Positions 1 to 14,375 of a stretch of DNA of 64,000 bases are shown piece after piece. The translations under genes and the position numbers were made by a program. The DNA comes from Octopus sinensis. Taxonomy: Eukaryota. The DNA is taken from assembly GCF_006345805.1 (NCBI RefSeq), contig NW_021831284.1:1-64000 (forward strand), written 5' to 3'. Each line of letters starts with the position of its first letter. The stretch's first letter is position 1. The notes under the pieces were generated by a model. That model worked only from the letters and a program-made list of their open reading frames with translations. It was not told where the DNA came from and did no database searches.

Positions 1-186
1 GAGGGGAAAGGCATCAATCCAAGCAGCGCTGCCTGGGTGACAGAGAATAAACTATGTTAAAAGCCGATTTCACGATTTCAGATTTTTTTGCGTTGATAGA
101 TAGGCCAATGGCCGAGAGTGATGGGATGATGAACCGAAAATCGTCGAAAACGACCTCGGTTGGACCACAAATAGTGTCCAGAAGCA
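1..186 (-). mobile_element. Degenerate CRE-like non-LTR retrotransposon RT fragment (part of the duplicated block; matches ~34202-34387)
   Basis: The minus strand reads LDTICGPTEVVFDDFRFIIPSLSAIGLSINAKKSEIV, like WYLDDVTIGGPTEVVMEDVKRITSGFSKIGLSLNGEKCELV in the element at 22265-25154. Confidence 0.75.
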
Positions 187-623
187 TTAAATAAAGGTAG
201 TTAACTTTAGGCTTACTAACATTAAAAAAATAAGTTTTTTAATAGATTAATTACATGATCAAAAACTAATAAAGCACCGTTGAAATTTATACATAAAAAT
301 AACATTTGTGATAATCAAAGGATTAAAGTACACTCAACCCTTTCAAATTGGCCATTTTTGGTTCCTTCAATTTTGTTGGCCAATTGGAGAAATGGCCAAT
401 TAGAGAATAAAATCGATAATTTTTTAAAGAAACTACTTAAATTTATCTTCAAAAATAAGTTGACCACCTTCACAAAGAACACGTTTCTAATCCAAATACT
501 TAAAGTAATGACATGGATTTTATTAGGAATTCTATTCATGTATAAATAATAATTTATTTTATATAAATTTACTTTTTTATAAAATAAAATCTAATATTGT
601 AAATTTTTCGTGTTGCGCTGATA

Positions 624-3282
624 ATGAATTCAATCTTACGATTTGAAGCTCTTTCTGGATGTCACAACGAGAGCGTTCCTTGCTATATTCTTGACATTGA
701 TGGATTTAACATTTTACTTGATTGTGGGTATGACATGAAGTGTAGTGAAGAATATCTCATTCAACTAAAAGAGTATTCCCAAAATATTCTAATTTAGTAC
801 TTGCTGTAAAATCGACGCAGTTTTATTGTCATATCCCGACAATTATCACATCGGAGCACTTCCGTATTTAGTTTGCAGCTGCTCACTTTCATGCTCTGTT
901 TATGCAACAATTCCTGTTTATAAAATGGGCCAATTATTCCTTTATGATTTCCATCAAGTTTCAATATTTTAATCTTAATGTTCATTAGTCTGTCAGTAAT
1001 GAAATTGAATTTGATTTGTATTCTCTCGATGATGTCGATACGTCTTTCAGCAGAATAAAGCAAGTCAAATACAACCAAACTGTTGTTTTAAATGGTATTG
1101 AGTCTATCATATAAAAAAGACAATTTACAGGTCATACCACTTCCCTCGGGACATATGATTGGCGGGACGGCCTGGAAAATAATCAAAGACAACGAAGAGG
1201 AAATCATTTATGCTATTGATTATAATCATAAAATTGAGAGGTGAGATATTAGAGCTCTTATTTGGCAGGCACCTTAACAGCGGCAACTTTAAAGACAATA
1301 TTTATAGGCCACTCTTGGTAATAACAGACGCCTTTAATGCAAACTATGTTCATCCAAAGCGTAAAAACCGGGAAGAATTGCTTTTAAGTTCATTCAGTTG
1401 TTAATATTTGTAGATACGATTCAAAGTACATTAGAAAATAAAGGAAACGTGCTTATTTGTGCAGATACTGCAGGCCGAGTGCTAGAATTGATTCATATTT
1501 TAGTTTTCTAACGTTTTTTGACCATAGGAACACGCATGGGGAGTTTGGGACTCAAATTTGAATGACAAAAACTTTGATTTATCCCCGAATCAACTCGTTT
1601 TTCTTTCTAACGTAACACAAAGTGTCATGAAGTTTGCAAAGTCACAGGTTTGATTATTTTGTTAAATTTTAGGTCGAATGGATGTCTGACAAAATACAAA
1701 AATCCTTTGAAGAACATCGATTTAACCCTTTTGAACTAAAATACTTTAAGCTTTGTCATAATTTAGCAGACATTGATAATATAAAACAGCCAATGGTGCA
1801 AAAATATACTTCAATTGGAATTAGGTTGTTGTAACCAGCATGGGAGATCTTGAATACGGATTTGGTAGAACTTTCTTTTTGAGATGGGCTGGGGATAAGA
1901 GAAATTGCATCATTTCGACAAGGAGAGCAATGCCTTCTACTTTAGCGAGGATAATTACTGAGAAAACTACAGATTTAAAGAATTTATCAATAATTGTAAA
2001 TTTTTTATTCTCATTAAAGGCTCGTTTCAAGACTAAAAAAACTATTCGCCATTCACTTACTGAAACCAAAGGAAAGTTTGAAAAACAAATACGGTTTTGT
2101 GTATGTACTCTTATTTATAGAATCAAGCAGGAATATATACCATCGTGTGATGACAATGATATTGAAGACGATTTTAAAGATGATGAGATCAAACAAGATA
2201 TTTATCTACCGGATAAAGTTATTTTTAATCAGAATACAACTACAGTTCAATAGCAGTGGATATATGCTATTTAATCGAAAACCTACTCAAACATTTCCAT
2301 TTAAAGAAGCGAAAAAAAATTACGACGAATACGGAGAAATCATTGAGTATTTTACCCATTTTCACTGTTTTTTCTAGTCGTGCTTTGTTTCATGAAAAGA
2401 AAATTCCTCACAAAAAGGTTGTTTTAAATATTTTATTAAAATTAGGATAAAATTAACGAAGAATGTTTTTGTTGGCAATATTTATTTTAGATAATATAAA
2501 ATCTGAGGAGTTTGAGAATTATTATGAGCTTAACACAGTGGAGGAATATACCAGTGAAATCCGACATGTTGATGTACGGGCAAAATCACTCTTTATCGAC
2601 TTTGAGGGTAGGTCTGATGGCGATTCTATTCGGAGGATCCTTCAGCAGATTAGGCCAAAAAATCTAGTAAATATGGAATTGCTAGTCTTCTTAGATTCTC
2701 GTGCATTCTAGTACTGAGAGTGCCAATTCTCTCACTCGTCACTGTTCTGCCAATTCGCTGGTTTCTGGCAAGACATTTTCTCCAAAAATATTTGAAAATA
2801 TTGACGTCATAAGCGATTCTTCAATGTTACAGGTTTTATTAGAAGTTTAATAGAAATTAGGTGAGAATGAAGGATTCGCTTTTAAATTCGTTAAAGTTTA
2901 TACAAACTCCTGATTCTTGCGACATTTCGTGGATTGATTGTGTCGTTGAAAATTCAGAATGTTTTAATTCTGAGGCCAAACGAAAGGCCCTGCCTTTGCT
3001 TTCTGATATTTCATCGCTTGACGTAAAGAATTTTTTGATAAGATTAATCGATAGGCAGCTCCTCATTCCGCTGTGTTTTTTAACGATCCAAAGCTTTTGA
3101 ACGTTAAGGAAACTTTAGAACAAAGCAAGGTCGAATGCGAATTTGTAAGTGGAGGAACTTTGTTATGTGGTGGTGTCATTTCATTAAAAAAAGATGGGAC
3201 TCAAGTTATGTTGGAAGGGCCGTTGTGTTCTCTATATTATAATGTGCGTGATGTACTTTATTCTTTTTATTCTGTTATTTGA
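624..3282 (+). CDS. CPSF2: Cleavage and polyadenylation specificity factor subunit 2 (CPSF100), copy A, multi-exon
   Basis: Spliced translation gives [123 protein letters not shown] and [23 protein letters not shown]. All match CPSF100 motifs. GT-AG introns at 773-797, 958-988, 1095-1119, 1241-1268 and 1648-1672 restore the frame. Confidence 0.96.
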
Positions 3283-3686
3283 TTCAGTGATTTTTTCTAT
3301 TAATTCATATTTAATTTGAACTGTATTTATTTATTGATTTTATAATTTAAATTGTTAAATTAGTTAAAATGCAATTTGCGGTTATACAATTGAGTCCCGC
3401 ATCTTTATTATTAAATAATAACTGAGGCAGTAGATTGCATTTTCAAGTAAAAAATGTAATTTTGAAAAAAAGGGTTGAAAGTATTCATTATAATTTATCA
3501 AATTTCTCTTCTTCTTTTAAGGAATTTTTTAATATTTTAATTTTTAGATCTTATGTTTTAAATTTATTATTAAAAATCAGAATTTTAAACTAAAAAGTAA
3601 ATATCTATGACTAACCTAATTTACGTCAGTTACGGTGAATAATTTGAATAAATTGAATTTTATCGCTTTTTCTAACTAACCATTTT

Positions 3687-6600
3687 ATGTTTTCTCAGTC
3701 AGAAGGAGGTGAAAACTGCCTGCTTCAAATAGGAGATATTGTAAGCTTGCATCTTCAAAGTGATTATAATGGATTTTTATCGACATTGGGGTAGTTGAAT
3801 TTTAATAAAAATATGCTTTTGATTTATAAAAATAGTCCAAAAATTATTAAAAATGAAATTTAACCATTTAGATTGGTTGACGACCGATGTATGGTAAATC
3901 CTTCATCTGGAGATTCTTCTTCTCCACCAAACAAATTTAGAGGTACATAACCATTCTTTCACCTATTTTTTAGATTGTCATTTTAAAATTCTTCCAATGA
4001 ATAAATATTCAGCACAGAAACAGTTCAATGTGGCTTGTCAAAGTCAAGGCTTGGAAGAAAATAATGAAGTTTTGCTTAAAAAACTACACGTTAGACTTTT
4101 ATTAGTTGATTTTAAGGACGCCGCGCAAACAGAATTTAAGCACAACGAAATCATAAACGAAAAATTGCAAGGAACAGTAGTACAGTACGGAACCATTATT
4201 CAAGTAAAATTTAAGCAAATTAAATTAAGTTTTTGCACATTAAAAGTAACAAGTTTCTATCTTGCAGTCAGCGTGTTCAAGCACCATTAGAAAAGAATGC
4301 ACTTTCAGTTTATTTGAGTCGTCAAGGAAAAGACGAATCATGGTTTGTAGTGGTTCCTCACTATAAATTGCGGTCAGTTGGCGATAACGTAGATTTTTAA
4401 TAATATAAACGAAGGTCATCATTGGAGACAATTTAATTTTTAAGCCAGTAGGACTCAATATATGCTTGCATGCAAGTAATCTTGAGCTAAAAGATTATCC
4501 AGGATGCAAAGAAGTAGATAATAACTAACTAAATTTTATAGGTCAATTGCTTACAACAAAGTTGCCCATGGAAAATTATTTTATTTTTAAAATATTCAGA
4601 AAATTCAGAAGATGTTCTAAAGGGGGTTTGGAAAAATTAATAATATATTTAAAGGGAGACGTCGTCCGTTTATTTCATGCCGAACAAGAAAAATATCTCA
4701 CAAGTGACCGATATAAAAAAACGCAATATGTTTTTCTAAGAACTACTTGGCGTTTATCTGCAACAACTGCTACAAGTTCGCAAGCTCTGTGGGAAGTTGA
4801 AGTTTGTGGTGATTCAGAAATTTATTTAAGGTTGTCAAAAATGATCCTTGTCGAAGTGGTGCTGGCCAATGGAATAATTTTTACCGATTCAAACATCTTG
4901 CGACTGGCCACTACCTTGCTGTAGAAGTCGACAATTCAATTTCATCTGACTTTAAAAATGAAAACAAAAACAGTTTTACGCTAGTTTGTGTGCCACATGG
5001 TCAAGATATTTCTACATTATTTGAACTTGATCCGACATCCCCCAGCCGTGGAAGTCTTCACGTTCAGAGGTAAATGAGAACAAATGTCTCATTCTTAGAG
5101 ATTCATATGTCAGACTCTTCCATACTTCTACGAAAACTTGGATTCGAAGTACAGCTATTCCTATTGATAAAGACCAAGAAAGGCCAATTATGAACAAAGT
5201 TTATTTATGTTTTATATACTGAGGTTTCATGCACTGCTCAAAAAGACGACAAAGAAGCATTTGCATTTTTATCTGTCTCTAGACAAGAAGTTAGAGATTT
5301 AGACTTTGCCAATGATGTTTGTCATGTTTTGGAAAATATTGCAAAAAGTATGAGAATCAGATTACTTACTCAACAAGAACAACAGTATGAAAACTATTGT
5401 CTACCTTTTATAGAATGACAGAAAATATTTTGAAGGAATTGATATTTTTTATTGGACATTTGGAGGATCAATATCAAAATTTGAATGCAATTGAGATCCA
5501 TCCTTTTCGAGTAAAATGTGATCGAGATAGACAAAAATTAATTCGCGAACAAAATTGTCTTACATGGGCTTTGCTTTAATAAAATAACTTTTAGGTAATT
5601 GGAATAATGCAGTCTCCTTTTGGAGAAAGAACCCCCCATACTGACTATTTGACAGACATTAATTGTTCTTATTATATTCAAATATGTCGTTTATGTTATC
5701 GATTAATTAACCTTTCTCAACACAATTATCGGAAAAATCAAGTTTTCATTTTTATTCTAAAAAATAAACCAGGAATGGATTGCTATGAACATTAGTTTTA
5801 TGCAGTCACAAATAGGCCATGGAGTCTATGCTGAAGATACAATAACTTTAATTCTACACAACAACGTGAAACTATTAAAAAATTTGATTAAAAGTCGTGA
5901 AATAGAAACTTTCATAATGCTAGCTCGTCAGAAAAAATCATACAAGTTTGTTAACTATTCATCATTATTAGATTTCTTGACTACTTATCTTCTCTTTGTA
6001 TATCAAATAATGTTGCAATACCAGAAACTCAAGAATTGATTTGTAAATGTTTGTTAACCGAGAGCAATAAGGATATTTTAATTCAAACAACGTATTAGAT
6101 TCAAGATAAACATTTAGTATTAAAAAATACAGTTCATCGTTTTTTCAAGTTTCTTCACACAATGAATCACTTTCGGAGGAAGATAATGTGGACGTTTATA
6201 TTATTTACGGAGACGATAAAAGAGAAAGAATTCTTCGAAATGTTCAAATAAATGCGAATAACGAAAACCAACACGATATAAATATTATGGAATACTATCA
6301 GTACATTATTATTAAATTATATAAGACATCAAATTGATCTATATTCGTACATGTGCCTTGATCGCCAATACATTGCGATAAACACGTTATCCAAGGAATT
6401 CACTATGGAAATAATAATTAAGTGACTTTAATAAATGGTTTAACTATTAAGGTGCATAAATGACTCATTTTTGTCATATAATTTAAGATCTTCATTTTGT
6501 CGCTTACTCTTACATCTACATATTATCCGGGATCCTCAAGAGCTGGCAATTCCGGTAAAATATTCACGTGTTTGGTCTTCCGTAACAAAAAAGGCAATCT

Positions 6601-9600
6601 CCGGGTTAGTGAGATTGTCAATTCTTTATAATTTAGTAATTTAAAAAACGACTCAAAGTCCGAAAAATATTCAAAATTTAGTGAATTATGTCTGTTCCTA
6701 AAAAAATTTATCTTGGACTTACGTAATTCTGAAAAACAGTTTTGCAATGACATTAAAAACGAATTTATTTACGAAGTAAAGTGTGAGTATTGTAATATAG
6801 ATGATTAACCTTACAAAACATATGGTCTACTTTGGATTTTTTAATTCTTTTGATCTTAATGAAATGGCAAGCTCTTTACTGGCTATTCTTAACATACAGT
6901 CAGATCACAAGCATAAAGGAAATAAAATTATTTTCCGTATTATTCATTTCAAAAATATTTCAAACTATGTAGAATTTCCAAAGACTGAAAAATTTTCGTG
7001 GTACGAAGATAACAAACGAATTTTTAAAAAATCAGCAAAAGAGAAAATTTTGATATAAAAACAAAGATACTTGAAATCCTACAAGTAAAAGCTTTTACCA
7101 ACTTTCCAGTTTATTATAGAAACACATTTAAACAGCACTATTACGCAAATACTATCTTACTACCACAATGAAATAACAAATTCTGAAGGTAAAATATTTT
7201 TTCAGAAATAATAGAGTCGATAGAGAAAATTGCAATCAACATAGAACAACTATATTTAAACAAGTTATTAATTTTATTTATAATATTAAGTGACAATGTT
7301 ATTAACAATTTGGGCTATGTTGAGAACAGCAAAGAATTTTTGCAAGTTATGATTAACCTCATCTTGGATGAAAATTCTAATATAACTTCTTGGGCTTTGC
7401 AAATCTATTCAAGACATTTTCGACATTTCATGACACAATTAAGACTTTAAAAGAAGTAAACAATAATTATAATAATTTTAGGTACAACTGTTGACCACAG
7501 ACGAAGATATCAATAACTACAATAAAATAAAACAGATATTCGTCGCCTGAGAATTTTGGTGGACAAATCTGAATTATGGATATATAAAAAGCAAAAAGAA
7601 GAATTTTCCTGTTCAATTTCTCCTAAGGTTGATTCTTTTCTAAATGTCATTAGATTGTTTTAATCGATGAAAATTTTAAAGAACGTGGAGAACGGATTAC
7701 CAGTGGAAAAGAAGATTTCATGCAAAGTAAATCGGTTATTTTTTAATTTAATTTTGTTTTTAGTGCATAAATATTATTAATAAAGATATAAATTATTCTT
7801 CGGATTCGATAGTAAAAGAAAATTACGTTTTGATGAGAGAAATTTTACAGAGATTGGCAGATTTCTGTGTCAGTGATATATCTGAGTCCAAATTAAAAAT
7901 TCACACAGAGAATCAAAAACTGTTAAAAAATCTTAGAGTAAATAAAGTTATAACTGGCTTGTTGAAAATATCGTACGAAAAAGTTATGGCATAAACATAA
8001 AAAACGTTTAAAAATTTACTGGAACTGGTGGCGCTCGTTATGGAGGACAGTCACCAAAACTTGACGAGATGAGCGTTTTTACGCTTATCAACGCCCGGTC
8101 AATTCGGAAACGGGCTACGGAGCTAACCTACTTGGTTAGCTCGGTAAACATGGACATATTGGTTGTTAATGAAACGAAGCTTAAGGGAAATCAGCATCAT
8201 AAAATCCATGGTTTCAGTCGATTGATATCCCATGGCGACCTGACGCAGTGGCTGGCACTGGGACATCCATATATTATAAAGACAATCTGATGGTGAGGGA
8301 CTTGAAAATCGTCGAACAAAATTTGTGCGAACTGATTACATTGAAACTACTAACATCCCTTGGATGGATATCTGTCGGAGCTATGTACTCCAAAGCAATG
8401 AAGAATTATCAAAATCTTATTGAAGAATTTTCCAGAACAATGATAGAGGAATTCTAATAGGAGACCTTAACGCAAAACACACATCGTACGGATGTGCCAA
8501 CACAAATTCGGACGGTAATATACTCCTCAGATTATCGGAGAACTGCGGTTTTAGTGTTTTGACCTCACGAGAACCAAACCACTTCTCTTGTTATGGAGAG
8601 GATTGTATTGGAGTTTTCCTCGTATCGGCAGATCTGTTCATCAATGCAGCATACCAAGGATTGAGATAACATTGGTAGTGATCACCTACCTCAATCCTTG
8701 TGTATGCGAACATCATCTACGATATGCGAAGATCTGTTTATCGGATACGATACGTCTCGGACAATCTGGTCGGACCTTGAGGTATCAATGAAAAGCATTT
8801 GACACCGTATCCAATACAAAACATCTCTTCGAATATACAAATTGAAAAACTTGATAAAATTCTCAGAGAAGCTATACTGGACTTTCTCCGAAAATCTTCA
8901 ATCAGGAAATACATCATGTCAAATACTAACAGAAAAACCCGGATTGACGAATCTTTGGGAAAACTTATAAAATGGAAGGGAAACCTTGAAAAGAAGCTAA
9001 GACGATGCAGTGACCCCATAGATCGTATTCGTTCGGGATAAGATTCGTACCGTGAAAATAGAGATAAATGATGTCGCAAAAAAACATTCAGACCTTGCTT
9101 GGAAGAGTCAATGCTCGAAACTGAATAAGAAAAACCCTCATTTTTGGAAGGTTTTCAACAGACTGAGTAATATGGAGAACAAAGGAGAAGAGATCCGACT
9201 AAAACAACTGAAGGAATAGATATCCCGCTCGATGAAGTTCCCTCACATCTGCGAAGTCAACTGGCAAAAGTTCAAGAGGTGGATCCGATCGACATGGTTC
9301 CGAAAGAAGTTATATGTGAGGCTCAGAGAAGTCTAAGAGCTAATTTGAGTCATACGGGACCACTGTGCAGAGACATAACGTTGGAAGAAACGTATGCCGC
9401 AATTATGAGCTGCAAGAATAATGCACCCGGCCATGACTACATTCCAATTTCTGTATTCAAACATGCTCCAAATATTCTCCTACGATACTTGACCGCACTA
9501 TACAATGCAAGCTGGAGACTTGGATACGTACCGGACTCTTGGAAAAAGTCAATCGTACGTATGATTCCAAAGCCTGGAAAAATAAAGGACCATGCAGAGA

Positions 9601-12600
9601 ACTATAGGCCGATAAGCCTAATATGCTCCGTCTCTAAAATTATGGAACGGATTGTCTTCACAAGACTTTCGAACTTCGTAGAGGAATCAGGTGCACTTGC
9701 AGTAGAGCAGTGGGATTCCGACGAAAAAGATCCTGTGGTGATTGTTTCGGAGAACTCGAGAAAGTCATCTCGCTTAGTCTTGCTAATAATACAGCGACTA
9801 TTGCTATCTGCCTCGATGTCTCAAAAGCTTTTGACAGCGTATGGCACCTGGGCCTCTTGGAAAGTGTCGCCAAGAGCAAACCCGGGTCTAAAACGGTCAA
9901 TTGGCTGAAGAGCTATTTATCAATGAGAAGGTCATACATACGATGCGGAAACCGTTTGTCGGAATCTGTCGATCTCAAAAGAGGGGTACCTCAAGGCTCG
10001 GTCTTGAGCCCCCTGCTTTTTAATATTTACGTTGCTGATATTCCAAAACCGAAAGATCCTACCAGTCGTCTCATGATCTACGCGGACGACATATTAATAA
10101 CGGATGCTTCGTGGAGAAAAGACATCTCGTGGAGGAAGTTAAAAGGATACGTGACAAGAGTGGAAGAATGGTGCATATCAAAAGGACTGACGCTTGCAAA
10201 AGAAAAGTGCACCGCCACTTGGATTGCAAAACAGGGAGCAAAACGAAAACCGCCGAGAAACCTCTATGGGTTTACAGTAACGGAGAACCTGAAATACCTT
10301 GGGGTTGAAGTTGGATCCAAGGGTTCTTACTTCAGATACATCGACTCGAGGAGAAGGAAATGCGCTCAAATTCTCAGGAGCATAATTCACTTCCACCTTT
10401 CCCCGGAAACGTTTTTATATGTTTATAAAACGTGCGTCGAACCATTGCTTACCTACGGGTTCGAGGGATGGTATCCTACTGCTGAAAGGGATGGCATTAT
10501 CGCTAAGCTCGAAAAGACGAGGCGATATGCCATCAAATTGGCAAATGGACTCCAGTTGGACCAACCCATCCCTCAAGTGATGGAAGACGCGACGGAAACG
10601 GTTGGAAGTGTTCTTGAGAGAGCCTTTTCCTCTCGAATTAAATATTAAAAAAAAAAAAAAAAAAAGAGGGAAACAACGAAGAAGAGGCATACGTTGTCTC
10701 ATTAACTTTCTCCCTCTTTTTTCGGCTTTTCCGTTAATAAAAATTCATTCATTCATTCATTCATTATTAAACATAAACAAATGTCGGAAGACGAATTAAT
10801 GATCGAAATAATGAAATTGGCTCATACGCACTGCAGAATCTCTGTCGTGACAATAAAATAAATCAAACATACTTTACAAGATATCGAATCAACTGAAATT
10901 TAGCGTACATTTACCATTAAAATAGATTGATGGGATCTGTACTGCCACAGCAATCGTTGAAAATAATTTAAAAATATGCGAGAGCATGCCTTTGAGTATA
11001 ATTCAAAAAGTGGTTATGAAATCGAATCTTTTGGACACAATCCAGAATGTCTCATATTCTTCAGAAAATCGTGACTGTCAATAATGAATGCATTAAGCGA
11101 AACCAGGAATATGTTTTAAAAGAGGTTTATAGTGGTTCTAAGAATTTACTAGATTTTGAGTGCTAGTGATAAAGTAATTTTTCTAATTAACAATCGAGAG
11201 GCACGAGAGAATTTAAATAAATTAATGTCTTCTGTCAACTGTCAAATAAAATCAAATGTTCGTGTTATACCCAGAAAAGTTCTTTATCATATTGAAGTGA
11301 TAAATTTGCTTACAATGATCACCAAAGGAAAAAATGTGTTTACTGAATTAAAATGTCAATCACTTGTGACTACTGATGATATAAAAGAGATTCTTTTCAT
11401 GAATAGCTGCCTCCTTGAGATAAAACTCGCTTATACATATTTGCTTTGCTTCACTGTTACATAGACACTGAGGTGGAAGCTAAGGAATTTTTCCAAAGCG
11501 CCATCGTTTGGGAGATATTTGAAAAACTAGTTGAGGATGTTGAGAAGGTTTATTTTAAAGTTTTTGATAACTCCAGTACACTGAAAACGTTAAAAAAGAT
11601 TGCCACGAATGTCATATAAATAATAAATACATTTCAACTCTCATAGATGTATTTACATCATTCTTTTCGTCCAGTTTTCTTCATTACAGCGGAGCATTAC
11701 AAGTTATAGTAATTTTATGCGAATGTGCTTATTTTTAGGCGAGACAGTCATTTTGTCAACGAGTTGTGAATTCATTAGTAAAGATGTACGAGTGCGAGTT
11801 TCTTAATCTGAAATGATTAATGCTTCCATAATATGCTTAAAGTCGTTTTGGGACTTGTGTAATCAATAATAAATATTAATTTTAAAGTCCATAGTCGGGA
11901 CATTGCAATGCTTCCAGAAACAGAGAAGAAAGTTACTTCAATTTTAGCACAAAATACTTATGACCAAATCATCTTTAACGTGGAAAATACACATTTAAAA
12001 AAACAGAAAACGTTAAACAAACAAGGAATTAACGAAATATTTGATGTATCAACTATATCATTTTTATTTAAATTAGTCTTTGGTAGAAAAAATGGACGAT
12101 AAGTTCAAAGATTATTCAAAAATAGAGAATTCAGTATTAATCGAAATTTTTTACCAGCCGGAATTATGTGTACCAAAAATATCTCCGCTCCATCAAACAT
12201 ATTCAAATGGAAAACTAATTTCCTCGTTAACTCAATGTTATATAATTTAGTATAATTCTCATATATCAGAAAAAAATAAACAAAGCAAAGACTTTGGAAT
12301 TATCTCTCGCTTGCTAGATGCCATTATAGCAATGATATATGTTAAAAATACTAAAACTGAAGTATAGTTTTATTCAATAATGTTACAGGAGAACTGGCTG
12401 AAAAATAAACTGACAAATCGATATTTTGACAAATCCTATTTTTACATGGAAAAGGGTACTTGAAAATAAATCTGACGATTTTAATTATTTCCTATTAAAG
12501 AAACGAGAAGTTGCTGATATGCAGGTAAATTTTTCAATCCCACTTGCAAGACATATTTAAACGAAAAAGGATAGCCAAACTTTTAGTAGAGCTTATCATT

Positions 12601-12998
12601 AATAGCACCTGTACAAACAGTTTTCTGAAATCCGTTCAATTAGGAATAGCATTATTGGACGGCGGAAAACGTTCTGTTCAAGTAGAATCGAATAAATATT
12701 TAAATATAGAAAAAATTATACACAAATATAGTCGAATGCAAAAATGCCGAAATTTTTTTCAAATATTAAAAAATACATGGAAAAAGCCGACAGGCGTGTA
12801 AAATACTTATCAATCAGCAGTAAAACCACTTTTGGAAGATTTCAATAATTTAAGTATATTTTAAATAGTACAATATTTATTAGATCGGAGTAAGGGATCA
12901 GAAAGAAAGAAAATAGACAAGCTTCTTGAATCTTTAAATATTATCAAATCAAAAAATCAAACTTCTCATTTATAGCATTTTTATATAAAATATTAAAG
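3687..12998 (+). pseudogene. ITPR: IP3 receptor copy A: LINE-interrupted and 3'-truncated by satellite; lacks the channel domain
   Basis: Near-identical to 37888-44454. Contains a LINE at 8005-10767, the acceptor AG changed to CG at ~10785, and several single-base indels after ~7000. Homology ends at 12998, where the satellite begins. Confidence 0.88.
8005..10767 (+). mobile_element. Jockey/I-group non-LTR retrotransposon (APE endonuclease + RT, frameshifted; no ORF1 visible)
   Basis: APE motifs: LINARSI, DILVVNETKL, IGDLNAKH, IGSDHLP. RT motifs: WKKSIVRMIPKPGK..NYRPISL, LDVSKAFDSVWH, GVPQGSVLSPLLFNIY, YADD. The 3' end is AATAAA + (ATTC)n. The TSD is ~13 bp, TAAACATAAAAAA at 7992-8004 versus 10768-10780 (1 mismatch). 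The empty site is visible at ~42201. Confidence 0.93.
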
Positions 12999-14156
12999 GG
13001 ACTTCTCAAAATGAAGAATATATTACGCAATTTATTACATAATCTCAAGTACCCACATATGCTCACGTCTAGGGAGCTCCCAAAATTGCATGAAATATTA
13101 AGTAATTTATTGCATAATCTCAAGTACCCCCATATGCTCACATCTAGGGACCTCCCAAAATTGCATAATATATTACGGAATTTATTACATAATCTCAAGT
13201 ACCCATATATGCTCACATCTAGGGACCTCCCAAAATTGCATGAAATATTAAGTAATTTATTGCATAATCTCAAGTACCCACATATGCTCACATCTAGGGA
13301 CCTCTCAAAATTGCATAAAATATTACGTAATTTATTGCATAATCTCAAGTACCCCCATATGCTCACATTTACGTACCTCCCAAAATCGCATAATATATTC
13401 GCAATATATTGCATATTCTCAAGTACCTGCATATGTTCACATCTAGGGAGCTTCCAAAATTGCATGAAATATTAAGTAATTTATTGCATAATCTCAAGTA
13501 CCCCCATATGCTCACATCTAGGGACCTCCCAAAATTGCATTAAATATTACGTAATTTATTGCATAATCTCAACTACCCCCATATGCTCACATCTAGGGAC
13601 CTCCCAAAATTGCATAATATATTACGGAATTTATTACATAATCTCAAGTACCCATATATGCTCACATCTAGGGACCTCCCAAAATTGCATGAAATATTAA
13701 GTAATTTATTGCATAATCTCAAGTACCCACATATGCTCACATCTAGGGACCTCTCAAAATTGCATAATATATTACGTAATTTATTGCATAATCTCAAGTA
13801 CCCCCATATGCTCACATTTACGTACCTCCCAAAATCGCATAATATATTCGCAATATATTGCATATTCTCAAGTACCTGCATATGTTCACATCTAGGGAGC
13901 TTCCAAAATTGCATGAAATATTAAGTAATTTATTGCATAATCTCAAGTACCCCCATATGCTCACATCTAGGGACCTCCCAAAATTGCATTAAATATTACG
14001 TAATTTATTGCAAAATCTCACGTACCCCCATATGCTCAAATTTAGGGACTTCTCAAAATGAAGAATATATTACGCAATTATTACATAATCTCAAGTACCC
14101 ACATATGCTCACGTCTAGGGAGCTCCCAAAATTGCATAAAATATTACGTAATTTAT

Positions 14157-14375
14157 ACAAAACAGACAAAAATTACAGATAGCTAAGTTAGTTAAAGGCC
14201 TCACGAGACACCCGACCAGCCGCGCGAATGGCGAAGACGTTCCCTCGGATCACAGCAATCAACACAGACGTTCCAGGAGCCAAGAAAACTCTCTTGGATC
14301 GTGACTAGTCCTTGAAATCCGTCGACCGAGCGAGCGAAGAAGCGGAGTGTCTTGGGACCGAAGATCCCGGAGGAG
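14157..14375 (-). mobile_element. 3' tip of a CRE-like retrotransposon inside the satellite (HOR insert 1)
   Basis: The minus strand encodes SGIFGPKTLR..RSLGRRISRTSHDPREFSWLLERL..AVIRGNVFAIRAAG, homologous to the C-termini at 22265 and 27909. It is flanked by TTTAT on both sides. Confidence 0.85.
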
